The translations under genes and the position numbers were made by a program. Below are positions 35,376 through 43,124 of a stretch of DNA of 64,000 bases, piece by piece. The DNA is from Christensenellales bacterium (GTDB lineage Bacteria; Bacillota; Clostridia; Christensenellales; Aristaeellaceae). The notes below the pieces were generated by a model. It saw nothing but the letters and a program-made list of their open reading frames with translations, was not told the origin of the DNA and did no database searches. The first letter of the stretch is position 1; every line of letters starts with the position of its first letter. The DNA lies in contig JBGUJG010000142.1 in the NCBI GenBank assembly GCA_045113695.1, positions 419-64,418 of the forward strand, given 5' to 3'.

Positions 35376-36704
35376 GTGAGGATTTGGAGAAATGTCCGCA
35401 TTTCGACCTTTCAGGTCATTGTCCTGGGCTTCTTCGGCTGGATCATGGCGGGGACGGCGCTGCTGATGCTGCCGGTGTCCAGCCGCCAGCCAGGGGGAGC
35501 CGGTTTTGAGGACTGCCTGTTTACGGCTGTCTCCGCGGTATGCGTGACCGGGCTCGTGGTCCGGGATACGGCGGTCTGCTGGTCCCCGTTCGGACAGGCG
35601 GTGATCCTCCTGCTGATCCAGGTGGGCGGCCTCGGGGTCGTGACGGCGGCGGTTTCCCTGGCTTTCATTTCCGGAAGGAAGATCGGCCTGATGCAGCGGA
35701 GCGTCCTGCAGGAATCCATTTCGGCCCCGCAGGTCGGCGGCGTGATCCGCCTGACCCGTTTTATCGTCCTGACGGCTTTTCTGCTGGAAGGGGCCGGCGC
35801 CCTGCTGCTGCTGCCCGCCTTTGTGCCGGAGTTCGGGTGGGGGCAGGGCCTTTGGTATGCGGTCTTTCATGCCGTTTCGGCCTTCTGCAACGCCGGGTTT
35901 GACCTGATGGGCGTCCGGGGAGCTTTTTCTTCCATGACGGGCTTTTCCGGCAATATCTGGGTCAACGCGGCCCTCATTTTCCTGATCACGGCGGGCGGCA
36001 TCGGGTTCCTGACATGGGAGGATATCCGCCGGCACGGCCTCAGGTGGAAGCAGTACCGCCTGCAGAGCAGGATGGTGCTTTCGTTTTCCGCCGTGCTGAT
36101 CCTCCTGCCGTTTCTCTGGTTTTTCTCATTTGAGACGGAAGGCGCGACGGGCGGACGGATCCTCCCTTCCCTGTTCCAGTCCGTGACCCTGCGCACGGCG
36201 GGATTCAATACTGTTGACCTGACCCGGATCAGCGGCGGCGGACAGACCCTGATGATCCTGTGGATGCTGATCGGCGGATCGCCCGGCTCCACCGCGGGCG
36301 GTATGAAGACCACCACGGCGGCGGTGCTGCTGCTGACGGCCTGGTCGGTCTTCCGCAGGAGGGAGGACACTGCCGCTTTCGGCCGCCGGATCGGGGAAGA
36401 CGCCGTACGCGGGGCCGTTGCCGTGATGATGATGTATTTCCTTTTGTTTTTTCTGAGCGGCCTTATGATCAGCGCGCTGGAGCGCCTGCCGCTGCTGCCC
36501 TGCCTGTTTGAAACGGCGTCCGCCCTGGGCACGGTGGGGCTGAGCCTGGGGATCACGGTCTGGCTGGGCCCCGTTTCCCGGTGTATCCTGATGGGTCTGA
36601 TGTTTCTGGGCAGGGTCGGCGGCCTGACGCTGATCTGGGCGGCGCAGTCCGTCCGGAAGTCTCCCCGCGGTGCCCTGCCGCTGGAAAAAATTACGATCGG
36701 TTAA
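35376..36704 (+). CDS. ktrB: TrkH/KtrB family potassium uptake membrane subunit
   Basis: GTG at 35376, 7 nt after AAAGGAG (VRIWRNVRISTFQVIVLGFF). Repeated M1-P-M2 motifs (CVTGL, NAGFD, RTAGFN, ALGTVGLS). Confidence 0.85.
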   Translation: MRIWRNVRISTFQVIVLGFFGWIMAGTALLMLPVSSRQPGGAGFEDCLFTAVSAVCVTGLVVRDTAVCWSPFGQAVILLLIQVGGLGVVTAAVSLAFISGRKIGLMQRSVLQESISAPQVGGVIRLTRFIVLTAFLLEGAGALLLLPAFVPEFGWGQGLWYAVFHAVSAFCNAGFDLMGVRGAFSSMTGFSGNIWVNAALIFLITAGGIGFLTWEDIRRHGLRWKQYRLQSRMVLSFSAVLILLPFLWFFSFETEGATGGRILPSLFQSVTLRTAGFNTVDLTRISGGGQTLMILWMLIGGSPGSTAGGMKTTTAAVLLLTAWSVFRRREDTAAFGRRIGEDAVRGAVAVMMMYFLLFFLSGLMISALERLPLLPCLFETASALGTVGLSLGITVWLGPVSRCILMGLMFLGRVGGLTLIWAAQSVRKSPRGALPLEKITIG

Positions 36705-36724
36705 AGAACAGGAGGCAAAACGAG

Positions 36725-37372
36725 ATGAAATCCATCCTGCTGATCGGCCTGGGGCGCTTCGGCAGAACCGTGGCCGAAAAACTGAACGAACTGCATCACC
36801 AGGTCATGGCCGTTGATAAAAACGAGGAAAGGGTCAACGACATCCTGCCCATCGTGACGGACGCGCAGATCGGGGATACGACCCATGAGGCTTTCCTCAG
36901 AAGCCTCGGGGTCGAAAACTACGACGTCTGCTTTGTCACCATCGGCGAGGATTTTCAAAGCTCACTGGAGACCACAGCCCTGCTCAAGGAACTGGGCGCC
37001 AGGAAGGTGGTTTCCCGCGCTTCCCGGGAAGAGCACCGGAAGTTCTTGCTCCGGAACGGGGCGGATGAAGTGGTGTATCCGGAAGGGCAGCTGGCGGCGT
37101 GGACGGCGATCCGGTACACCACGGACCACGTGCTGGACTATATCGCGCTGGACAGCGAATACGCCATCTATGACCTGTCGGTGCCCGGCGAGTGGGCCGG
37201 GAAGACGGTGGGCGCCCTGGACATCCGCAAAAAGTATCACCTGAACCTGCTGGCCGTGCGCGAAAACGGACAGGCCAGCACGGCGGTAACCAGCGATACG
37301 GCGCTTCAGGCGGGCCAGACCATTTTGGTTCTGGGCAGGTGGAAGGATATTCAGAAATGTTTCAGAATATAA
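36725..37372 (+). CDS. ktrA: TrkA/KtrA potassium uptake regulatory subunit (RCK N+C)
   Basis: MKSILLIGLGRFGRTVAEKL Rossmann motif. 215 aa. Starts 21 nt after ktrB. Confidence 0.88.
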   Translation: MKSILLIGLGRFGRTVAEKLNELHHQVMAVDKNEERVNDILPIVTDAQIGDTTHEAFLRSLGVENYDVCFVTIGEDFQSSLETTALLKELGARKVVSRASREEHRKFLLRNGADEVVYPEGQLAAWTAIRYTTDHVLDYIALDSEYAIYDLSVPGEWAGKTVGALDIRKKYHLNLLAVRENGQASTAVTSDTALQAGQTILVLGRWKDIQKCFRI

Positions 37373-37427
37373 TAAAGGTGATTGTCTGAAAGGAACTTCA
37401 TGGCCGGGAAGGGGAGAATCGGGAATC

Positions 37428-39398
37428 ATGCGCAGTCAGTTCAGGAAAGAGACCGCTGACAGGCACATTCTGATCTGCCTGTCTTCTTCGACGTCCAACG
37501 CCAGGGTCATCCACGCGGCCGCGAAGATCGCCGCGGCCTTCCAGGGAACGCTGACTGCCCTGTTTGTGGAAACGCCGGCGTATTCCCTGATGTCGGACGA
37601 CGACAAGAAACGCCTGCGCAGCAACATGAACCTGGCGGAAAAGCTGGGCGCGAAGCTGGATACGGTGATCGGGGACGACGTGCCCTATCAGATCGCCGAA
37701 TACGCCAGGGTATCGGATATTTCCTGCGTGGTGATCGGCCAGACCAATACGGCGGGCGGCCTGCTGCGGCGGAAGAAGTCCCTGTCGGACCGGCTGGTGG
37801 CCTACGCGCCGGACCTGGACTATTTCATCATTCCCGATCACGGGACAAAAGCGTATGTGGCCCGGAAACCTTCCGGCTTCAACCGCAAGCGCCTGTTCCT
37901 GGACTGCGCGGTTTTCCTTTGCTCGCTGGGCGTCTGCACGGCCATCGGCTTCCTGTTTTCCCACCTGGGCTTCACGGACGCCAACATCATCATGGTCTAT
38001 CTGCTGGGCCTGCTGGCGGTATCCGTCGGCACCACCCACCGGGCTTACGGGATGGTCTGGGCGGTCATCAGCGTCCTGCTGTTTGACCTGCTGTTTACCA
38101 CGCCGCGCTTTACGTTCTACGCCTACGGAACCGGCTACCCGGTGACATTCCTGACGATGCTGGCCGCCGCCTTCCTGATCAGCACGCTGGCGATCAGGCT
38201 CAAGCAGAACGCGGGCCAGGCGGCGAAATCAGCCCAGCGGATGAGCGTTGTGCTGGAAACGGACAGGCTGCTGGCCAGGGCAAAAACCAGGGAGGAAATC
38301 CTCACGGTGCTGGCAGACCAGCTGACCCGGCTGCTGAAAAGGAGTCTGGTCATCTATCCGGCCGAAAACGGGCTGTTGGGCGACCCTGTCTTTTATCCGG
38401 CGGCGGAGGATACCATGCCCTACCGGACCAATGAAGAAAAACAGGCCGTGGAATGGGCCTTTGCGCGGCATAAACGGTCCGGTGCGACGACAGACGTGTA
38501 CCCGCAGGCGGATTATCTGTATTACAGCATGCGGGTACAGGAACACGCTTACGGGGTGGTCGGCGTAGCGGTGCACGGCTCTCCCCTGGACGCTTCCGAG
38601 CAGAGCGTGCTGGGCTCCGTGGTGGGCGAATGCTCCCTGGCCCTCGAAAACGCGAGGAATGCCAGGGAAAAGGAGGAAACCATGGTCCTGGCGGAGAATG
38701 AACGGCTCCGGGCCAACCTGCTGCGGGCCGTGTCCCACGACCTGCGCTCCCCGCTGACTTCCATCATGGGCAATGCGGACAACCTGCTTTCCTGCGGGGA
38801 AACCCTGGACCCGGAGACGCGCCGCCAGATCTACACGGACATTTACGGCGACGCCCAGTGGCTGACCGGTATGGTGGAAAACCTCCTGTCCGCCAGCCGG
38901 ATGAACGACGGCAGGCTGAGCCTGAACATGACCACCGAGCTGATGAGCGACATGGTGGCCGAGGCGGTCCGCCATATGGGCAGGCGTCTGGACGGATTCC
39001 GCCTGGACAGGAACGAGCCGGACCGCCTGCTGTTTGTGAAGGCGGATGCGCGGCTGATCGTTCAGGTCGTGATCAACCTGCTGGACAACGCCATCAAATA
39101 CGCCCCGGCCGGGTCCGTCATCTCCATCGGCATTTCGGAAAAACAGGAGAACGTGGCTGTGCGTATCGCGGATGAGGGGCCGGGCATCCCGGACGATCAG
39201 AAACCGCTGGTATTCGACCTGTTCTACACCAGCGGCAACCCTTCCGGGGACAGCCGCAGGGGCCTGGGCATCGGTCTGTCGCTGTGCCAGTCCATCCTGA
39301 GGGCGCACGGCGGCGCGATCACCGTATCGGACAACGTGCCCCATGGCGCGGCTTTTGAACTGACCCTGCCCAAAGACGAGGTGAACGTGAATGAGTAA
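37428..39398 (+). CDS. kdpD: KdpD-like sensor histidine kinase lacking the N-terminal KdpD domain (Usp-TM-HisKA-HATPase)
   Basis: Starts directly with a Usp-like domain (HILICLSSSTSNARVIHAAAKIA). Has 4 TM (DUF4118-like), the H-box RAVSHDLRSPLTSI, and N/G boxes (NLLDNAIKY, GLGIGLSL). Confidence 0.8.
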   Translation: MRSQFRKETADRHILICLSSSTSNARVIHAAAKIAAAFQGTLTALFVETPAYSLMSDDDKKRLRSNMNLAEKLGAKLDTVIGDDVPYQIAEYARVSDISCVVIGQTNTAGGLLRRKKSLSDRLVAYAPDLDYFIIPDHGTKAYVARKPSGFNRKRLFLDCAVFLCSLGVCTAIGFLFSHLGFTDANIIMVYLLGLLAVSVGTTHRAYGMVWAVISVLLFDLLFTTPRFTFYAYGTGYPVTFLTMLAAAFLISTLAIRLKQNAGQAAKSAQRMSVVLETDRLLARAKTREEILTVLADQLTRLLKRSLVIYPAENGLLGDPVFYPAAEDTMPYRTNEEKQAVEWAFARHKRSGATTDVYPQADYLYYSMRVQEHAYGVVGVAVHGSPLDASEQSVLGSVVGECSLALENARNAREKEETMVLAENERLRANLLRAVSHDLRSPLTSIMGNADNLLSCGETLDPETRRQIYTDIYGDAQWLTGMVENLLSASRMNDGRLSLNMTTELMSDMVAEAVRHMGRRLDGFRLDRNEPDRLLFVKADARLIVQVVINLLDNAIKYAPAGSVISIGISEKQENVAVRIADEGPGIPDDQKPLVFDLFYTSGNPSGDSRRGLGIGLSLCQSILRAHGGAITVSDNVPHGAAFELTLPKDEVNVNE

Positions 39399-40092
39399 AC
39401 CGCTGATCCTGATCGTGGAAGACGACGCGCCGATCCGCAGCCTGATTTCGGTCACGCTGGAAGCGCATGGGTACCGGCACATCATTGCGCCGAACGCCGG
39501 TTCGGCCATTCTGCAGGTCTCCTCCCGCAACCCGGATATCATGCTGCTGGACCTGGGCCTGCCCGATCTGGACGGGGTGGAGGTCATCCGGAAGGTCCGC
39601 TCCTGGTCCAACCTGCCGATCATCGTGATCAGCGCCCGAGGCGACGACGCGGACAAGATCGAGGCCCTGGACGCCGGCGCGGACGATTATCTGACCAAGC
39701 CGTTTTCGGTGGACGAGCTGCTGGCCAGGCTCCGCGTGACGCTGCGCCGCCTGAATCAAGCGCAGGGCGACAGCCCGGACACGGCGGTGTTTTCCAACGG
39801 GGACCTCAGGATCGATTATGCCGCCGGCTGCGCGTACATGGCCGGCGGGGAGCTGCACCTGACGCCCATCGAATACAGGCTGCTGTGCCTGCTGGCCCGG
39901 AACTGCGGCAAGGTACTGACTCATAAATACATCACCCAGCAGGTTTGGGGGGCTGCCTGGGAAAACAACGTGGCTTCCCTGCGGGTGTTCATGGCCACCC
40001 TGAGAAAAAAGCTGGAAGCCCCGGCGGGAGAGACATCCTATATCCAGACCCACGTCGGCATCGGGTACCGCATGGTGAAGGTGAACGAATGA
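39391..40092 (+). CDS. kdpE: OmpR-family response regulator KdpE
   Basis: ILIVEDD...MLLDLGLPDLDG...ALDAGADDYLTKPF receiver domain plus a winged-helix domain. 8-nt overlap with kdpD. Confidence 0.88.
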   Translation: MSKPLILIVEDDAPIRSLISVTLEAHGYRHIIAPNAGSAILQVSSRNPDIMLLDLGLPDLDGVEVIRKVRSWSNLPIIVISARGDDADKIEALDAGADDYLTKPFSVDELLARLRVTLRRLNQAQGDSPDTAVFSNGDLRIDYAAGCAYMAGGELHLTPIEYRLLCLLARNCGKVLTHKYITQQVWGAAWENNVASLRVFMATLRKKLEAPAGETSYIQTHVGIGYRMVKVNE

Positions 40093-40136
40093 CGCGCCGC
40101 CCTGTTTTTCCGGCCTGAAGAAAAAAACAGACCAGT

Positions 40137-40165
40137 CCGCCGTCCGGCTTTTCCACGGGCGGCGG
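40137..40165 (+). terminator. hairpin after kdpE
   Basis: ccgccgtccg-gcttttcca-cgggcggcgg (9/10 bp), followed by T-rich sequence. Confidence 0.5.
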
Positions 40166-40227
40166 ATCGTTCTGTCTTTGGCAGGCCGATCTTTTCCGTC
40201 TTTTCAGCATCTGACAGCCTCCCGCGT

Positions 40228-40256
40228 TTGACAGGACGGGCAAACGGGTTTACAAT
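40228..40256 (+). promoter_or_regulatory. sigma-A promoter of the exporter operon (TTGACA-17-TACAAT)
   Basis: ttgacaggacgggcaaacgggtttacaat, 70 nt upstream of the adaptor ATG. Confidence 0.65.
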
Positions 40257-40325
40257 AAAAAACAGTATGATCACTGCGGTTACAGGACGGCAGCAGCCGT
40301 CCGGTCCGGCGCCGGAAAGGAACGG

Positions 40326-40781
40326 ATGTCCATGGATTCAAAACTGTTCAGGAAAGAGAGCCTGGAGAAAATTTCTTCTCCGGAAGCGCTTCATGATTAT
40401 ATGCGCGTCACCAGCCCGAAGCCGTGGATGGTGCTGGTAGCGGTGCTGTTCCTTGCGGCCGGCTTCGCGCTTTACGCTTCGACGAGCGGTATGGAAGAGA
40501 CTCTGCCGGTTCAGGTGGAAGTGTCGGTACTCGAGGAAGACGGGGACACCTGGTCGCTGGTGACAGCCGAGATGCCGGTCGAAAACAAGGCCCTCGTGCA
40601 GCCCGGCATGCTGGTGCGTTTTGCCGGCGTAAAAGGCAAGGTCCAGTCTGTCTACGAAACGGAAGACATCGTCGGCATGCTGATCAAGACGGATCAGGAG
40701 CCCGTCGGCCTGGCGAACGGGACCTACGACGGAGAGCTTGTTACGGAATCAATTTCGCCGCTGAAATTTTTGCTGAATTGA
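40326..40781 (+). CDS. mini HlyD-type secretion adaptor (NHLP/NHLM bacteriocin-system secretion protein-like), 151 aa
   Basis: N-terminus LFRKESLEKISSPEALHDYMRVTSPKPW plus one TM, as in bacteriocin accessory proteins. Only about 95 extracytoplasmic residues follow (a beta-barrel-like VQPGMLVRFAGVKGKVQSV), with no coiled-coil hairpin. Confidence 0.7.
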   Translation: MSMDSKLFRKESLEKISSPEALHDYMRVTSPKPWMVLVAVLFLAAGFALYASTSGMEETLPVQVEVSVLEEDGDTWSLVTAEMPVENKALVQPGMLVRFAGVKGKVQSVYETEDIVGMLIKTDQEPVGLANGTYDGELVTESISPLKFLLN

Positions 40782-40822
40782 TGGGGCCGCCGGCCCATAT
40801 ACGATCAAGGACGGTTTTGCAG

Positions 40823-43012
40823 ATGCTCGGAAAGAATGAAAAAAAGCTGAAACAGCCAGTCCGCAAGGGCGTGGCGAAAGTGCCGGTGATCATGCAGATG
40901 GAAGCGCTGGAGTGCGGCGCCGCCTGTCTGGCGATGGTGCTGGCCTATTACCGCAAATGGATTCCCCTGGAACAGGTGCGCCTGGACTGCGGCGTCAGCC
41001 GGGACGGCTCCAACATGAAAAACGTGTTCCTGGCCGGCCAGCATTACGGGCTGGAAGTTCACGGCTACCGGATGGAAGTGGACGCAATCAGAGAGCAGGC
41101 ATCCTATCCCTGCATCATTCACTGGAACTTCAACCACTTTGTCGTGCTGAACGGCTTTCAGGGAAATCACGCCGTTCTCAACGACCCGGCCAGAGGTCTG
41201 GTGAAGATCAGCATGGAGGAGTTCGGCCAGTCCTTTACCGGCCTGTGCCTGACCTTTGCCCCGGGAGAAAACTTCGTTCCTTCCGGCAAGCGCAAGAGCA
41301 CGCTGGCTTTTGCCAGGAAGCGCCTGAGGGGCGCCGGGCCGGCTGTGGCCTTTATCATTATGACCACGGTGATCGCGTCCCTGTTCAACATCATCAACCC
41401 CGTCATGACCCGGGTTTTCTATGACCGCCTGCTCACGGGCAAAGCGCCGGACTGGTTCTATCCTTTCATCATTGTGATGGCGGTCCTGGCCCTGTTTCAG
41501 ATTGTCGTGGAATGGGCCAAGACGATCTATTCGCTGAAAACAGACGGCAAAATGTCCATCGAAGGCAACGCCGAGTACATGTGGAAGGTGCTGCGGCTGC
41601 CGATGGAGTTTTTCTCCCAGCGCATGACCGGGGACATCCTGCAGCGCCAGGGCACCAACGCGTCCATCGCGGGGACATTGGTCACAACCGTGGCGCCGCT
41701 GGCGATGAACACGGCCATGATGGTGTTTTATCTGGTGGTCATGCTGCGCTACAGCCCGCTGATGACGCTGATCGGCCTGACCTCCCTGACGATCAACCTG
41801 CTGGTGGCCAGGTACATGTCCGAAAAGCGGGTGAACCTGACCCGCGTGCAGATGCGGGACGAGGGCAAACTGGTTTCGGCGACCATGGCGGGCATCAGCC
41901 TGACAGAGACCATCAAGGCTTCCGGGGCGGAGGCCGGTTTTTTCAGCCGGTGGAGCGGTTACCAGGCATCCGTCAACACCCAGCAGGTGAAATATACCAC
42001 CCTGAACGCCCGCATCGGCCTGATCCCGCAGTTTATCAGCACGGTCAGCAGCTACACGGTGATGGTTCTGGGTGTTCGTCTGGCGATGGACGGCAACTTT
42101 ACCCTCGGTATGATCACCACTTTCCAGGGGCTGCTGACCGCCTTTATGGAACCTGCGATGACCCTGGTCGGCGCGGGCCAGACCATCCAGGAGATGCGGA
42201 CGCAGATGGAGCGGGTGGAGGACGTCCTGGAGACGCCCGACGATCCGGTGCTCTGTCACGGTGCCGCCCGGCAGACGGAGACCTTTGCCAAGCTGAAGGG
42301 CGAGGTAGAGGTCAGCCATCTGACCTTCGGCTATTCGAGGCTCGGCAATCCCACCATTACCGACTTTTCGATGCACATCCGCCCGGGCTCCCGCGTAGCG
42401 ATCGTGGGCGGCAGCGGCAGCGGAAAATCCACCGTCAGCAAGCTGATCACGGGCCTGTATCAGCCCTGGGCAGGCGAAATCCTGTATGACGGAAACCCGA
42501 TCGCGGACATTCCGCGCAGCGTGTTCACCGGCTCCGTGGCGATGGTGGACCAGGAAATCGTCCTGTTTGAGGACACCATTGCCAACAACATCCGCATGTG
42601 GGACAATTCCATCGAGGATTTTGAGGTCGTGCTGGCGGCCCGGGACGCCCAGATTCACGACGACATCCTGCAGCGTCCTGGCGGCTACCAGGGCAAGCTG
42701 ATCGAAAACGGGAAGGACCTGTCCGGCGGCCAGCGGCAGCGGCTCGAAATCGCCCGGGTGCTGGCGCAGGACCCCTCCATCATCATCCTGGACGAAGCCA
42801 CCAGCGCCCTGGACGCCAAGACGGAGTATGAGCTGGTCAAAGCCATCACGGACCGCGGCATCACCTGCATCGTGATCGCCCACCGCCTCTCCACCATCCG
42901 GGACTGCGACGAAATCATCGTGCTGGACAAAGGCTGCATCGTCGAGCGCGGCACCCACGAGGAGCTCTATGCCAAAGGCGGGGCGTATGCGGAACTCGTT
43001 ACTTCTGAGTGA
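40823..43012 (+). CDS. peptidase-C39 ABC exporter (NHLP-family bacteriocin export ABC1-like: peptidase/permease/ATPase)
   Basis: C39 domain with QMEALECGAACLAMVL (Cys), IIHWNFNHFVVL (His) and NDPA. 6-TM MSD. Walker A GGSGSGKST, signature LSGGQRQRL, Walker B IILDEATSALD. Confidence 0.85.
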   Translation: MLGKNEKKLKQPVRKGVAKVPVIMQMEALECGAACLAMVLAYYRKWIPLEQVRLDCGVSRDGSNMKNVFLAGQHYGLEVHGYRMEVDAIREQASYPCIIHWNFNHFVVLNGFQGNHAVLNDPARGLVKISMEEFGQSFTGLCLTFAPGENFVPSGKRKSTLAFARKRLRGAGPAVAFIIMTTVIASLFNIINPVMTRVFYDRLLTGKAPDWFYPFIIVMAVLALFQIVVEWAKTIYSLKTDGKMSIEGNAEYMWKVLRLPMEFFSQRMTGDILQRQGTNASIAGTLVTTVAPLAMNTAMMVFYLVVMLRYSPLMTLIGLTSLTINLLVARYMSEKRVNLTRVQMRDEGKLVSATMAGISLTETIKASGAEAGFFSRWSGYQASVNTQQVKYTTLNARIGLIPQFISTVSSYTVMVLGVRLAMDGNFTLGMITTFQGLLTAFMEPAMTLVGAGQTIQEMRTQMERVEDVLETPDDPVLCHGAARQTETFAKLKGEVEVSHLTFGYSRLGNPTITDFSMHIRPGSRVAIVGGSGSGKSTVSKLITGLYQPWAGEILYDGNPIADIPRSVFTGSVAMVDQEIVLFEDTIANNIRMWDNSIEDFEVVLAARDAQIHDDILQRPGGYQGKLIENGKDLSGGQRQRLEIARVLAQDPSIIILDEATSALDAKTEYELVKAITDRGITCIVIAHRLSTIRDCDEIIVLDKGCIVERGTHEELYAKGGAYAELVTSE

Positions 43013-43099
43013 GGAGTTAGGAATCAGGAGTGAGGAGTTGAAATTGGTTTGATCAGCTTACGATAAACTCCTCACTCCTCACTGTTCACTCCTCGCTGT
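43007..43099. repeat. inverted heptamer arrays (GAGTGAG/GAGTTAG ... TCACTCC) forming a 12-bp hairpin
   Basis: GAGTGAG GAGTTAG GAATCAG GAGTGAG GAGTTGA - 26 nt - AACTCC TCACTCC TCACTGT TCACTCC TCGCTGT. 43028-39 pairs with 43066-77. The array begins inside the last codons of the ABC1 gene. Confidence 0.85.
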
Positions 43100-43124
43100 T
43101 TTCGACCGAAGGGAGAAAAAATAG

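Noticed and set aside
40093-40325. Searched the flanks and spacers of the NHLP-type exporter for small GG-leader precursor ORFs. The regions also covered 43013-43124 and 45315-45381.
   Set aside because: No ATG/GTG ORF with an RBS and a plausible leader was found. The ORF-track entry 40228-40440 starts inside the promoter and overlaps the adaptor gene out of frame.
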